From Lingula anatina (Eukaryota > Animalia > Brachiopoda), in assembly GCA_051362555.1 (NCBI GenBank), contig CM120643.1:8122001-8186000 (forward strand): a stretch of DNA of 64,000 nt. The letters run 5' to 3'. The notes under the pieces are model-generated. The model was not told the origin of the DNA. It saw only the letters and a program-made list of their open reading frames with translations, and searched no databases. Positions 37,735 through 52,471 of this stretch are shown one piece after another (within the stretch, counting starts at the first letter, position 1; each line of letters begins with the position of its first letter). Position numbers and translations under genes: made by a program.

Positions 37735-40125
37735 AGCTAAGGAAAGCACGAGAGGACCAGGAAAAGATATATTGGGTGGGAATATAATACTAGCAAAGTC
37801 AGCAGATTCACTTGAAATCCTACTGTAACTACTTACTTTATATTCTATCCATTATTAGTCCCACCTCTAGCTTTCATAAATGTCATAGCCTCAGAGAAAC
37901 ACAGGGGATTTTTAAAACTAAAACATATCAAGAGGGGAAAAAAAAACCATCTTCCAAGAAATCAGATCTCTTGATGGAAACCGAGCTTTCAAAGGTCTCA
38001 AATTCAAGAGGTTTGGGTGCCATAATGACAGATGTTGGTATTATTACAAGGAAAAATGAACATCTGTAAATTTATAATAGACTTCAATGTACATATATGT
38101 TTTGGGCATTAACTTCCCTGTGACCTTTGTCTTTCTATCATGAAATAGGGCTTGGTCTACACATCACATTTCTCATGAGCTCCTCAAATTTGGTCTTCAA
38201 GATGAAGACTAAATAAAAACGTAAAGCAAGTTCAAATGTCTTCCTTTCAATACAAAGTACAAGCACACAACCATCTACCAAAAAATAGAGAAATTCTGCC
38301 CTGGCAAGTACTTGAATTGACAGAACCACTCACAAAGTATGCTGTTTATTTTCATTCCCAATTCACGGAGGCCTACCTACCTACCCACCCATGCTCAAAC
38401 TGAATAGAGGAATAAAAAAAATAGTAAATAACAAAATATACCTGGGAGGAAAAAAAAAAAAAGGATCTGCACTTTACATACATAGAGACAAAAACACACA
38501 ATATGTCATTTTCCAGACCCCTGGATTGAACTAAAAATGACAATTAAACCTTTTTTTCTTGGTGTCTGTCTGTTTTGTTGTAGAGTACTCTACTTCATGG
38601 CCTAGTTTCTTCACATCTGCCACCTGCCCCAACACAATGAGTCATCTTCTGTGCCATTAAAAAAAACGGATTTATTCTCTTGTAAACAAAGCGGAACATG
38701 GAACATCAAATTTCACAGGCAATTTTTGTGGTTGGGGGACAGGCAAGTTGAACACTTATGCAGTCTCGGATTTTTATATATCTATTTCCTTTTTTTTTTA
38801 ACCAAAACTTGCAATGTGACATCTGTCTTTCAAGTAGGGGATTTCATCATGGGGCACTGTATATTCTACAGAAAAAAATCACAGTTTACCTTTTAACATT
38901 AACTCATCCTAAACAAGGAGCACAATCTCATTTTCTTTGACCGTTTATGTTTTTTCCTGAGACCAGCTACAGCCATAAAATATTTCTTATCCTCATACTT
39001 AACAGGCAGTCATATACCATTTAACTTATGGGGGATTTCCTGCAGGATGATGCTACCTATTGTTGAAAAGATTTACGTAAGGTGACGAAGACCACAACCA
39101 CTTATAAGCCTCTGTACACAGCGCAGGGTGAGCACGATTATCATACAATAATACCATAATCGTCTATGAAACCAATCAACATTATTAGTATGGAGCCCAT
39201 TAAATTGTTTATAGTGATTTCATTTATTATTAATTACTTTTTTTAAAACAATTGCACCTCTGGATATACTTATAAGAAACATTACATGCAATATTCATGA
39301 AAATAGTCCCAATTCGTGCCAGAATCAGACGACAGTATTGACCTCAATTAGAAGCATGGATTCTGTCTTGGTTGGTCTATATCTATTTATCTAATTCATT
39401 TATATATTCATTTCTGAGCTAGTTTTTATTAAGGCTATGGCAGGAAAATTTCAATAAACAAGCAATGCAGGTTAATTCAACTCATAGCAACCTGGTCTTA
39501 AGCATTTCCTGATATTGCTACCCTTCCATGCCCCCCCCCTCTCCCCCCCCCCCCCAACAGACCTGAACAAAAACTTCTTTATAACATTTAATGTGTTTTC
39601 CTTAGTCTCCCGATACCTTCCAGACAAATTACTGATATTACCTTAGATGCCCTTTTTACAGATCTTGCCGCAATGCAAGTCTGCCACACGTTTTTATTTC
39701 AGCAGGCATGATAGATTTTTCTTATTCGAAATCAGGGAACAAAACATCAAACAAAGTTGAAATCACAATTGGAAGTAACTTGGTTCAATTGTTTTTCACT
39801 GAGCTGAAAAATCGACTATCTAAGTGCTCCAAAACTTACTTAATGCATTTTCACAAAGACTGCAAAAGTGTTTTTGAGGAAGTTGTAAATTTACTTTTAT
39901 GAAGTCACGAAAATCTTTTTTTTTTCTATTTTATGAAACAATGGGGATACTCAAGATGTTTTTCACTTGTCATGCAAAGCATTTGTCAAGTTGCGAAATC
40001 TTTAGTGAGAAAGCAATTAAGACCCAACGCACATGTCAATGCATGTGCACTGCATTTAAGGGATCTTGGATATTAAAGAAAAAGTCCAAAACTAATGCAG
40101 CTAATGAAATTTCCTATTAACTTAA

Positions 40126-41634
40126 AGAAAAGGTCTAGCAAGCCAAACAATTTTTCAAAGTTTGTAGTCACAGTGTAACACGAGTGACGTAATATCAGCG
40201 TTTTGAGGCTAAAATTGTCTTTTTTTTAATCAAGAATTTCTCTTAAACAAAAAGCCCTATTAATACGATTGAAATAGCTATCTAAAGGTTAGCACAAACT
40301 CCATTAAACTCTGTCAGGATTTTCTTTTTTTATTTTTACTTTTGATTTTATTTTGATAAAACGTGAATTTTACGAAATATATATGGACCTTCCAATTTCA
40401 GTATTAATAACTTCAAAAATAAAAGGTCAATCCAAAAACCAAGACTCAGACGACTAGATATTATACTGAAACAGAGACACATCAAATTTCATGTCAATCT
40501 GACAGTTACAGAATGAGATATGGGGATTGAAGTTTAGACTATGTTATCAATCTTCAAAGCTCAGAAATCGCTCCTAAACCATTTTGCTCAGGTAATTGGG
40601 CTATTTAAGCAAAATAATTGCACCTCCACCTTACCTGTTATCATCTTGTTGATCGGGAAGGTCTATACACCATTACGTGTTAAAATTGGGTTGTTTGTTT
40701 CTATCTAGATGCCAGAAAATCTTACTTTTGTACGCAAACTTATTCGTACCACGAAAGTCGCTCTTCGCTGGGAAATGATTGACAGCTGAGTAGGTCTACC
40801 TACTCTCGTTTCACTGACGTAATTAATCATAATTGTGTCTGACGCAGTAGGAGTCTGTGCACTGTCTAGGAAGTGTCTAAGGAAGCGCTTACAAACAAAA
40901 AGAGGATTACTTGGTGTGCCAGCAGAGGACAATGCCACCCGTCGTGCGTGGGCGCCGCTCTACACACCAAGACGCGAAAATTGAGAAAGTAAAGCAAGAT
41001 TTACTCCGAGAAATGGCCGAATGTGGGTACGTATATGCCATGATGCCACAGAGTGCCAAGACCGTAATATGCGAATTTGAAAATGTTTTGGGTGGCAATA
41101 TTACTTTAAAACTTGCTTGCTATTACAATCTTTATTGTGCATAAAATGATTGCCTAACGATTTTTTTCTGACAACCCCAGACGTTGTACGAATACTCAGC
41201 AGTTCAAGTGTGATCTCGAGTCTTTACCGCGGGGTTTCTCCATCCACCAGAAGCACTCTCTTTCAAAATTCTCTTGCTTTCCTCGCTCATCCGTTTTCTC
41301 ACGACTTTCTTTCTTCCCATGACTGTGTATATAACTGTGTTCTGCTTAGCTGACGTAAGACTTATGAGCTGCCAGGGCACGCGTAACAGCTTAAGAAGTT
41401 AGACAACCATTCTTGCCCCGCCCCCCATAGTAACGGTGCTTGTCAACGGAGGCGGAGCCTAAAGCCTGCCACCCGTACCAGTCAGGACAGGTAGAAAAAC
41501 TCGTCCAAATGTATATTTTTAGTCCGTGTTTCACAAATATAACTTAATTGAGTATTAGATACAAAATTGATTATTTCTAACGTATAAAAAACTAAAAATC
41601 GAGTTTTAGACGTATTTTTAATATCCTAGACCCC
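40126..41634. mobile_element. Kolobok-like internally deleted DNA transposon
   Basis: TTAA on both flanks. Imperfect short TIR (agaaaaggtctag / ctagacccc). The CpG-rich core at ~40720-41510 holds two convergent short ORFs. Confidence 0.55.
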
Positions 41635-42395
41635 TTAAATAGAGGAGGGGACTGCATGGGAGGGGGGGGGGGAAGAGAGATATTGGTTGTGTATCCCTTC
41701 TTCTACACTCAAACAAATATACTAGTGGATGGTTAATGGCCAGACCAAAAGATAAAAAGGCTGGTTTACACATTTGCATGTGATCCAACTTTGCACCAAG
41801 ATTGTCATTTTCTTTGGCTAAGCCACCCTTCATAAGGAGGCCTAGGGGCGACCCTGATCAGTCTGATTTGGTTTATACCAGATTCTGGACAAATGTAAAC
41901 CTGCCTGATAAAGCCTCGTCTTTTACAAATCAGAAATATGGGTTAGCAAATAAATCTTGAGAGATATACAGATGTGGCAATATTAGTTACATGAACTATA
42001 TTTCTTCATCACTTGATCAGAAGAGCTCTAGAGCATGATCAAAAATTCAAATTCAAGTGTCCTGGCTGGACAATCAGTGACCCGGGGTCAGTGGCCATTT
42101 ATAATGCAGAGATAAGGGCCCATTATGTAATACTCAGCACATAAGGTCAGCAGGGGTTAGATTCACAATGGGACTTAACTCAAATGTTGGTATGGAGCTT
42201 TCATTTCAGACCAAAAATTCTATTCCATCCCAGGGCATACAGAAAACTTTCAGGAGGATGTTAAGCCTGCGTTGCAGAGAATAAGAAAGAACTCTGAGAA
42301 GAATACTTACATTTAGACTAACTTTCAACTAAATTTTTTCAGAGAAACCACCCACTAAACGGGTACAGACTCCAGGATTACCCCACCCCCCCCCC

Positions 42396-42430
<35 letters not shown>

Positions 42431-44684
42431 CCCAACTTGACCCAGATATTTTAATTGCAATCAAACTGTCTACTTATTAAAAGCTAGTTTCAGGCCTTTT
42501 TCGTTTGTCATATGTACAGATATCAAAACACTTAGCCTGGTTCTAACAGTGTGTGTGTGTGTGTGTGTGTGTGCGTGTGTGCGCGCGCACACGCGCGCGC
42601 GCTTGCATGTGTGCTCCCATTCACAACTTTACCTCGAACTGTTTGGACCAATCAAAGTTAACCTTACAAAAATGGCCATGTGAAGTGAGGGGTATCTCTT
42701 TAAAGTCATTCTCTTACCTACTAATAGTCTGTATGAAAAAGGGCAAAAAAGGAGCCTTTGGAAAAAAAGGAGCTGAGCGCATCAGCAGATAAAATTAGAC
42801 CAGCAGGACACACACAGCAAGGGTTCACGTGTCATCAGTCCTTGCAATGTGACCTTTATATACTTAACTAGCTCTGATATCAATACCAATCATTTTATCT
42901 CCCGCACGACTGATTACAACCTCATGGTCATGCGAATTCATCCATGGAAAAACACCTGCTGCGCTTCCAAGTTTATCATAAATATGGGCCCTGTCCTTTA
43001 TCATTCCATTTCAGGTACACTAAGACCTTTATTATTCAGATCAACTGTGACCTAATCTAAATGTCTAATGTGAATGTACTGACGGCAAGCACCTGCCATA
43101 TTTAGCGTCCCAAATGATAGACTACATGTACGCTATCACTACCAGTGCACCAGATATCAAAGGCTTTCTGCACACTGCACCATCTCCTGACAAACCAGAT
43201 CTCTCTTCTCTCTCTCGCCCTGTGTGGTTGCAACAAGAGATTTATTCATCAATAGTAGTAGTAATAATAATAATATAAAAAACCTTGGCAGGATCACCAG
43301 TACAAGTTACTTCCTTATTGCTTTGTCTATTCAACACGCGAGGAGGCTTTGGGAATTTCTGTACAATATGTGCAGCTTTACACAGACTGGTTTGACTGTC
43401 TAATGTGGAAACACATACATATACACAAGAGACAGCAGACAAATTTATCATACCTGTGAACTCGTTTCATCAATCCTCCTTGCAAAACCTAGATCAAACA
43501 TTCCACACACCTTGTATTAATATAATTATATTATAGGCAACAAGGCAAAACCAAGACTTCACCACAACCAAAATCTCCTCTAATGACTATGCACTTTGTT
43601 CTTTATTTACACCAGCTTCAGATTTTCTCAAGGAAGCAATTAATAATTTATAGTTGTTTTGTTCTGTTTCAAGGACAGTTGGAATTTAGGGAGTTTAGAA
43701 TAACTTCCTATCAAGGACATAAAATTCATAACAGGACATAAATTTTTTCTATATCACTCAATGTGGAGCTGCGTCGACATTTTTTAGGTTAAACAGAGGA
43801 CTCAATTATACAATCGCTTCTCAAAATTTAAGTTTGTCCTCTGTTATGTGAACCAGGCATTCTTACGATTAACCATAAAGGGTGGAGGTCTATATTAATG
43901 CAAAATTTGTTTAATTATCTACACTGACATGAAGCTGCTAGGCATTCTCCCAATTTATATGCAAGCCAAGCAGTCCAAGGCCATAAGCTGTGAAGTCATT
44001 CGGTGCACGCGAAATCCCCAAAATCCAGACAGTCATAACCAGCTTCGTGATCTTATTTGGTAATAGCTGAGGCTATCCTTCTCCCCTTTTTTTTTTGTTC
44101 TCCCCTAATTTTGTATTCTATCCATGGCATAGCTCAGCAAGACTGGTATATTGTAGAGAAGTGGGGGCAGACAGATGTGATATAGCCTGCTCAACATGCA
44201 GTGGTTTGGCTGAAGACGGGCGGGGGGGGGGGGGGGGAGGGGGGATTTGACCTCAGAGCAAACTGCTGTTTGCAGGGAATATAGCATATCATCATGAGTC
44301 ATACTTTTTTTTATGGCACAGTTACTTGCTGAGTGAAATGATACTGTGGCCTTTAGATACTCCTTTGGCTGGTGATATTATCATGTTATGAACTGTGTTA
44401 TAATAACACATGAGAGAAGATGAACTATGTAACGACATTTAGGGAAAGTGTTATTAGCAGACGAAAATATTGCATATACACACTATAATACAGACATGAT
44501 AAGTAAGACATTTGAAGTTTAAAAATATGACCATTTCATACATTTTCATATCTGTGATAAATTTATATGAAAACTTTCCAGCAACATGATATACTTTATC
44601 GTTAAAAAATTTATTGATAAAAAATGTACTAGAATATTTTGAGATTATTGTTATATTATAATAACTTCAAAATACGGTTACTGC

Positions 44685-44808
44685 ATGAGCCCCTCAGAGA
44701 ATCAATTCAGTGTCTTTTAGTGAATTATGCGGCAAGCTATCAAGTGGGTCGGCCATATACGATCCGCAAATCTGTTTGTCTGCGGATAAACTTGATCTGA
44801 ATATGTCC
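44685..44808. mobile_element. Partial MITE family C copy
   Basis: attcagtgtct...caagct.tcaagtgggtcggccatat..gatccgca.atctg matches family C. Confidence 0.6.
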
Positions 44809-44913
44809 TAAAATTGTCGAAAAACTCGATAAAACATCAGAATCATCACAAAGTTCTCGCGCAGTTAAATCACTGGTAGATTAGCAGACCATTCAATAGA
44901 GACCAACACCCAC

Positions 44914-44967
44914 CTTTCTCGGCACTGGGGAGGACGTCACACTTTCAGCCGCCATAATTCCATTCAT
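44914..44967 (-). CDS. ANKRD11: ANKRD11/12 homolog, probable first coding exon (MNGIMAAESVTSSPVPRK)
   Basis: Minus strand ATG AAT GGA ATT ATG GCG GCT GAA ... CCG AGA AAG|GTGGGT. The phase-0 donor matches the phase-0 start of the exon at 24980. An acceptor TTCATTTACAGTAG lies upstream at 45061-45074. No homology support; not in the ORF track. Confidence 0.6.
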
Positions 44968-46239
44968 AGCGCTGCTACAGCTGCAGTTAGTTTCCAGTAG
45001 GGTCAGTGTATCGTAAGGACGCTCATTCTTATTTCTTCTCCGTAGCTTTCCCTGGCTGGTCTACTGTAAATGAACACAGAAGTTATAGCTATTTTCAGAA
45101 CAATTTTCCAGGACTTATTTTGAGAATAAAAGGAAGCGTGTATCATGAAGACGGAAAAGTGGGTTTTATCCCGGCAGTCTTGATGCTAATAGTTTCACTC
45201 CGTTAAATGGCACTCACATATATCTTGCTATAAATGTTTTCCAGAGTGCGATCATGAACAGATTAAAAAAAGAAAACACGCATTAACAATGTAAATTGCT
45301 ATACTCTTTCTAAGATAACAGCAGAACAGTGCATCTACTACAAATGTAATATATAGCTAAGTATGCTTGTAGCAAGTCTGGGCAGGGAGCATTTCTGCAG
45401 AACGAATATCTATCACATTTACTTTCAGTCATACTGATGACTTATGGGTTCCTATTACTCATCATTTCAGACATTCTTTAATATTTATTCGAATCCAACT
45501 TTTTTGAAAATTTGACAAAAAAAATATTGGGTATAATTTTCAGCAGGGAGGAGTGGATGATAAGCTTTTTTATTGTTAATTTCCTGGTCTAAAACTAGTT
45601 TTACGAGATGTTTTTTTTTTTTCCTGCGACAACTACCAGAGCACTAAGTGCTTTGTCATAAATTAAGGCTCAGCTACGTGTGAAATAAATATTGCTTCTT
45701 ACGTGGGAGGAGCAAACACACAATCTGCAGTCCTGCCCAAATAGTAAATAAGTAATGAGAATCAATAGTTCATTACATTAAGGCGTATGTTTTGAATGTG
45801 ACAATGTTTCAGCACCAGTGTAACCATCAAAAGATTTATAACTCTTTAATAATTCTAACTGATGAAATTAGTTCTAAAAATATAAGGCAAACAATAACAT
45901 TGCTTTCCCACCCCTCCCAGCTGCAAAGACAAACCATTCAATTTTTATATGCCCTCTGTATCCCATACCCATATAGCTAGCTATTCAATCTTTAGCAAGA
46001 AGCACTAAGCTAACCCTAAACTGTTCAATAGCTGACTGCTGCAGTGTTAGACAACAATGCTGCAGACATTCTATGGAGGCCAAGATCTTGATTTTGGACA
46101 TAAGACATATTCTCACAGCAACTGACTCCATAAACCTCTTTAAATCTGGCTTTATATATCTCAGCAATACAGCTGTGCCCGTAGGTTTAGAGAAGCTGGG
46201 TTCAGGCCATTGGGTTCTGCAAGGGAGATTACTCCCTTT

Positions 46240-46419
46240 GGCCCCATTCAAATTAGGGGACTAACTAGTCGAGGGTCAAATATGGCCGACCTACTTCAAT
46301 ACTTCCCCATGGGATATCTATTAAGTGTCAGTGTCTGTTAGTGGATGAGACAGCAAGCTTTGTAGTGGGTCACCATATTTGATCCTCGGACTAGTTAGTC
46401 CCCTTTTCTGAATGGGGCC
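46240..46419. mobile_element. Palindromic MITE family C
   Basis: ttt|ggccccattca...tgaatggggcc|ttt (3-bp TSD). Confidence 0.8.
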
Positions 46420-46558
46420 TTTGACAAACCCTCCACAAGTTAGTTTAATGCCGTTTAGGCCATGGTGGATCAAAGCCAATCATAAATTGCTTAAAATAAG
46501 AGGCTGACAAGACAAAATCATTGGGCAGCTTTCACAACCAAAGTTAATCTGAGGCCTA

Positions 46559-46784
46559 GAGCCCTCTAGAACAGCGGACTACCAGATCCGTAGATCAAAT
46601 ATGGCCGACCCACTTGAAAGCTTGTTGCGTGATCCCCACGGGGAATCTATTCAGTGTCTTTTAAGGGGATTCTATAAAAGGCAGGGTAACCATTAGGGGA
46701 TAAGTTGCATCGCTTTCAAGTTGAGTCAGCCATATTTGATCCATGGAACAGTTATTCCATGGATCATCTGTTCTGAAAGCACCC
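46559..46784. mobile_element. MITE family C, diverged copy
   Basis: agaacagcggactaccagatccgtagatcaaatatggccgacc ... gccatatttgatcc...ctgttctgaaagcaccc. Confidence 0.7.
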
Positions 46785-49700
46785 TTAATCTGCTGATCAA
46801 CTGCCTCAGAAGGTTATAAAATATGTAATTATCAATAACCAAACTACAAGTAGCCATAGACTTGTTACTTCCCATTTTGCTGGTATAACATGGCTAACAT
46901 CATTTGAAGTGAATTCCAATATTCTTAATATTCTTAATACATGTCTGCCCAGTCTGAGTCAAGAAACTGCCCCAAGCTCTGAACATGATGATATTCTACA
47001 GTTTAAACCAGACAGCATATCTGATCTATATCATATGGTTGTGTCTAGTGGTAGCCTGCTGTTGGGGCCAGCATTACAGTGTAAATGCTCAATATTACCA
47101 ACCATTAGGATTTTTTTTACTTCAGCTCAACTTTTTGAGGTCCCTAGCTGACATCTCTGAATCGTGACCTTATTTTTGTAGTACAGAGATTGCGAAACCA
47201 TCTTTGGGTTAATGTTAAATCCTAATATGACCCCCCCCCCCCTCCACTCCACCTCCTCATATTTAAAATGCAAGGGTTCAGTCATTTGTATTAAATCTTA
47301 AAATATAACTAATTAAGTGTACAATATAAGTTCATACTGCATTACTTTTTATGGTCATTTGAGCTACAGTATCACTGCTATTCCCTTATTAAACTTAGCA
47401 TTAACTCTGGTATAAACTCTGCTACAGATAAATAAAATGAAATAAAAACACAGGGGAATATTAAGTATACACACATAGTCTTCAGCTAAAAAACATCCAC
47501 TTTTATATTCAAACAACCCAACCTTACCCTCTATTTCAAAGCTCTGTCACACAAGTTCTGTCTTAATTCAGCGTCAGTGGACTGGGAATGATCCACAAGG
47601 GGGGGTTCAGGTTTATGTGGGCTATCACAGGAGGCCCAGTGAAAATATCCTGCACATGTGTTCTCCCTGGTCACGTTTCCATGTGTGTGTGTCCTTATGC
47701 AACGATCTTAGGATGTCCCAACAACACCAGCACTACTGGGATCACAGCTTTGGCTCTAAATTAAGTGTACAGGTCCTATCTGAAAAAGGCAGATAAGGAG
47801 ATTTATAAGCCAAAACCAAGAGGATATGCTCACAAATACCCTGAAATAAAGGGGAAATGTCACACCAAAATTCCGCGTCATTGACAGTTGACTGTGGCAA
47901 TATGAACAACAGGGTGATAACAAGAGAGAGACTCATACCTAACACAGGTCACCCTTAACACTGCCTACTTGTAAGTGCTGGCACTACTGAAGTGATTGAC
48001 TGACTGGAGAGCTCAGTTTTGATGTCTAGTTTTCAAAGGAGTTAGCAAGCTTAATACTGCTGGCCACTGGTTGCTAATGTGTATGCAGCCCTCCAAGCTA
48101 GCTGGCTAGCTAAGCTCGTCAACCCAGCAAAAACACACACAAACTACCAGCACTACGGCAACAAAGGGTTAACAGCACAAGGTGCTTTTCACATTTCCAA
48201 TCGCAATTACCCAGTGATTGCAAAATGACCCACTCCTTCTCAACCCTAGCCTTGACAATGTTCCTTGAATTAAACTGGCATTTTGTGACGTGCACTTAGG
48301 GGTTTAAACATTGGGGAACGTTTTATCGCCACTCTACAAATGTATTTGGACATCAAACAGCTAGAGCCTGAAATAAACACAGGGCCATATGTTATGCAAA
48401 TTGCCCATTGCTGCAGTGACCTAGTTTTTCACTTCTTATCTCAGGCACCTACTCGCTGATTAATGCGGTTTATACTGCCAGCTACACCAGCACAAGCAGA
48501 TTAAGGCCGTTCTGCTCTACGGAGCTCAAGCTCTGCTGCTTCATTCTAAGGTGGAATTCAAACAAAATTCTAATAACCATAATGATACAGTGCGTTTTAT
48601 TCACAATGACAACTGCTAACTTTGATTCTTGACTTTTTCAATGAAATCCATATTTGCCAACCCACAAGGACGTTTTAATTGGTTTCATCCATTATTTATT
48701 CATAGATATGGTGGCGAAAAAATTGCATACAAAATAAATGGCTCAGTTCACTTTAAAAATTCCTATATACCTGATTGAGAGTAATGAAAATGTGTCATCT
48801 GGTATCAAAAGACAAATTGTACTGAAATGAAACCTGGAAACTTGTAATAAAATGTTACAGTTCTTTAAAAACTGCATAAATTCAAACACCAATGTTTTAT
48901 TATTAATGCCGTAAAGAATGTTTGAAAAATTAAAAAGTATGTCAGGGATTATTCTTTAGATTACCAGAAGTCTTGACAAAAGTTCAAGTGACTAGAAATG
49001 GGACATTTACATTAATTTCTGATCTAAGCAAGTGTCTTTTATACAATATTTCTTGAACTTGGGTTACAAAATGTAACAAAAATAGGAGATTAAGGCAACA
49101 GAAGGCAACTTGTCAGTTCTAGTACACCAGACCTCAACATCATAAACATATTGCAAAATCCTAATCTAAAATCATTAATTTTTCAACATACAGTGATACG
49201 CAAAAACCATGTCAAACATGAAGTTTATTAATTACTCAACTGAATTTATTCCACTTTGTGCCATTCATTTTGTATTTAAATCAATAGAGAACACTTGATA
49301 ATGATATGAAAAAAAGCCATCCAAATGTACCTATTTCAAGTTAGTTAATCGTGGATCAAAAGCCTTTATACATGCCACAATTTCACCTATTTCTATGGCC
49401 AGCCAAATGAAAGACCTTGCACTTTGATATCGTGACCAGCGTTATGTTAATAGGTCAACAACTTATACACAGGACTTCATACAAACAAAAGGGCCTTCTT
49501 CAACATGCATTCTAGGCAAAAGGTTTCAAGGCTGCTAAACCTGTACAATATTAAAGATTGCATAATTTCTCAGAGAATAGTTTTAATATTCCCCTATTTA
49601 TGGACCAATGCATGAAGACAAGGAGGAAAACTGTAAAAGAACCAAAGGACGAGAGAGAGAGAGAGCTGGTTGATAAACATTTCAAAAGGTGTTTTAACAC

Positions 49701-52439
49701 TCAAGTAGTGACAGCTCTACTTGGAGACACCTCTTCTGCTGACCTATGATTATTCCTACCCCCTCGTATTTGTTTTATATCATTTAGTCAGGGTTGTGTA
49801 TGAACCAAAAGAACTGTAAATACGGTTAAAATTTCAAAGCAAAATGAGTTAAAAATCTGTTTTATTTGCAGAAAAAATTAATATTCTCAGATTTAATCTC
49901 TCTCTCTTCTAAGTGCAGATATCTTACAGGCTACAGTTCTTTACGTTCAGCTGTAGTTAAACAGCCCCAAAATATGGATATCAGCTGCCGTCTCCTGCCT
50001 TAGTTATTTTCAGTCAGTCAGCAAAAATCGATAAAATGACTCCAGAATAAAGATTACTTTCCCCTAAGATGGAGAAATTTAGCAGGCAGCATATATTGGT
50101 TTACACTATTTTAGGCTGCCTCGCAAGTGAAACGTGCCAGATAAGGCCAAGATGTTCTTTTTCTTTTTTGTTTACTAATGCATACTTTAAGCTCAAACCT
50201 CATTCTTATACCCATGATAAATAAATAAACAAAGTATATGAATAGATAAAACAAAGAAAATGAAACTCAGTTATTTTGATTCGAAGTCTCTCTGGATTGT
50301 AACCTCAGGCAATAATTCATGCTGGGGTTTACGGTTTTGAAACTGCCTTTATAAAAGGCAGATACAGTTTCTGGACTTCAAAAACCGAAATCTCAGTTGG
50401 TACCAGTCGCAGGCTGGCATGAGGGGAGTTTAGGCATCCTGTCTCAATTATTTACAACAACAACCCCTTGAAACAAAGAGAGAAACCAGATACTGGAAGG
50501 GAGTTCATATGCACTTCAAACTCCTGCCCTGAACTCTTATGCTCTAAATACAATTAATTACATCTGAATATTTTTCTCAATTGTATAGAGGCTTACATCT
50601 GAATATTGATCTCAAGACCAAAGTTCAGTGTGGAAATTGCCTCTCTTTATCTTCCATTTCTGTATGGTAAAAAAATCTAAACTAAACACCACAGTAATGA
50701 GCACTGCATCAAAAATATTGGCAAAAAAACATATTAACAATTCCAGTCCAAATTATTCTTTTGTTCAAAGTCCTCATAGGACTGAGCAAACAAGAAAACC
50801 CAATCATGTGATATTATATTCATTTTCTGGAGAGACTGACTCATTTTTCAAAGTAAATGGAAGTAGGAATCTGTATATGATAGGACAAGTAGGCTGTGTA
50901 GGCATGGAGCAGCCATATAGCAGGTGAAGTGGCAGCAGATGGCAAGAACAAGACTGCATAACAACCCAAGAGGACTGTTTCATATAATCTTAGATTAACC
51001 CTTTGCAGTTGTTCCCTTTTCCAGGACACCTGACCTTAACCTTTCTCCCCCCCCCCCCCCTCCCCAACCTGCAACCAATGCCTGTAAGTGATATCCACTA
51101 TTTTTTTGATAAAAGTCAAAACTACCAAGTCGAAAGAAAATGGCAGACTGGTAAATTTTCATATATCCTACCTGAAATTTCACAAAGAATACAATTTCAT
51201 GCCCAGAAAATTAAAAAGCATCAGTTCTTGCCAAATGTGTCCGTTTTTTTTTTTTTCCCTTCCTTTTTTCACGTGTTAAGAAATTAATTACATCATATAA
51301 ACGTGCAACTCAAATATCTAGCCAACCTCTTAAAATACCCCAGGGGTCTTTTGTGTGCATTAATTTCTTGTGTATTGTGATTTTATTATTTTAAAAACTA
51401 CAAGTGAACTTCAGACCCCAGTAAAACCCTGAAACCCCAGACACTCTTGTAAACATCAAAGGCTTTCCTTATGTCTCATCATCTCGATTCTACCAGCAAA
51501 AAATAAAGGGATTTCAATTTCAGCCGTTGTCGACTATTACGAGTAAGGTTCACAGGTCTTGTTACTATGTCAATATCGTAAGGTGTGTTGTGGTAAGATC
51601 TCCCTTTTGTTATCACACTGTAAACTAACTGCCGCCCCCAGCTTGTTAAATTAAGGCAGCTGTTATCCGAGCCACGGTCTCTTTCTCAGCCACAGGATAC
51701 AAATTTCATTTGCCTTTTTGCCCCCAACTTGCTCACCATGACTTTCATATATAGCGAAACTAGGTCAAGGGAATTTTTGCTGCATATAATCTGATGAAAA
51801 TATTATGATATTACCTGATTGAATCTGATAAAAATTTGATATAGCCAGAAAAAAATGATTAAATGCTGGCATTCTATGTAACTGTTTGGTACTGCTTTGA
51901 TAATAAGAAAGATTGGTCTCCAAGGAGTAAAGTGAAGCACAAACCACAGGACCTTTTTTTTTTGATGGATGAAATACTGCTTGAGAAATTGTTTTCCTGC
52001 CATGAAAATATATAATTTCATACGCAAATCTTGTTGTTAACATTTCTTTTTCACATGCATTCTTCCAATCACATATTTCTTTCTCTCTAAACTGACAATA
52101 TACCAACATCTAACTTTTAATAAAATGTTTGCTTTATTAAAAAAAACTTCTAAAATTCCAAGGTCTACTTTTTTTTCCAATTCAACAAACATGATAATTT
52201 TGTGCCATATAAAGCTATACAAAACAGGCATCATATTTCAGTGAAACGGACTGTTATTAATGGATCTTGGGTCTTAATAGATTTCAATTATGGTTGGTGA
52301 ATGGTCTAAAACATTCACCAAATTTACAGGCGTATAGTAAAAACTTTTAAAAAAATATTTTGAAATGCATAAATCTGGCATGACTAAATTAGGTGACAAA
52401 CTTTTCCAAATTATCAAGTTTGACAAAATTTTTAAAGTG

Positions 52440-52471
<32 letters not shown>

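Noticed and set aside
43448-43492. Minus-strand mini exon ATGAAACGAGTTCACAG|GTATGA
   Set aside because: Phase 2 from that ATG is incompatible with the next exon.
51731-51750. ATG AAA GTC ATG|GTGAGC as an alternative phase-0 first exon
   Set aside because: Too short to tell from chance. The 44914 exon is a better candidate.
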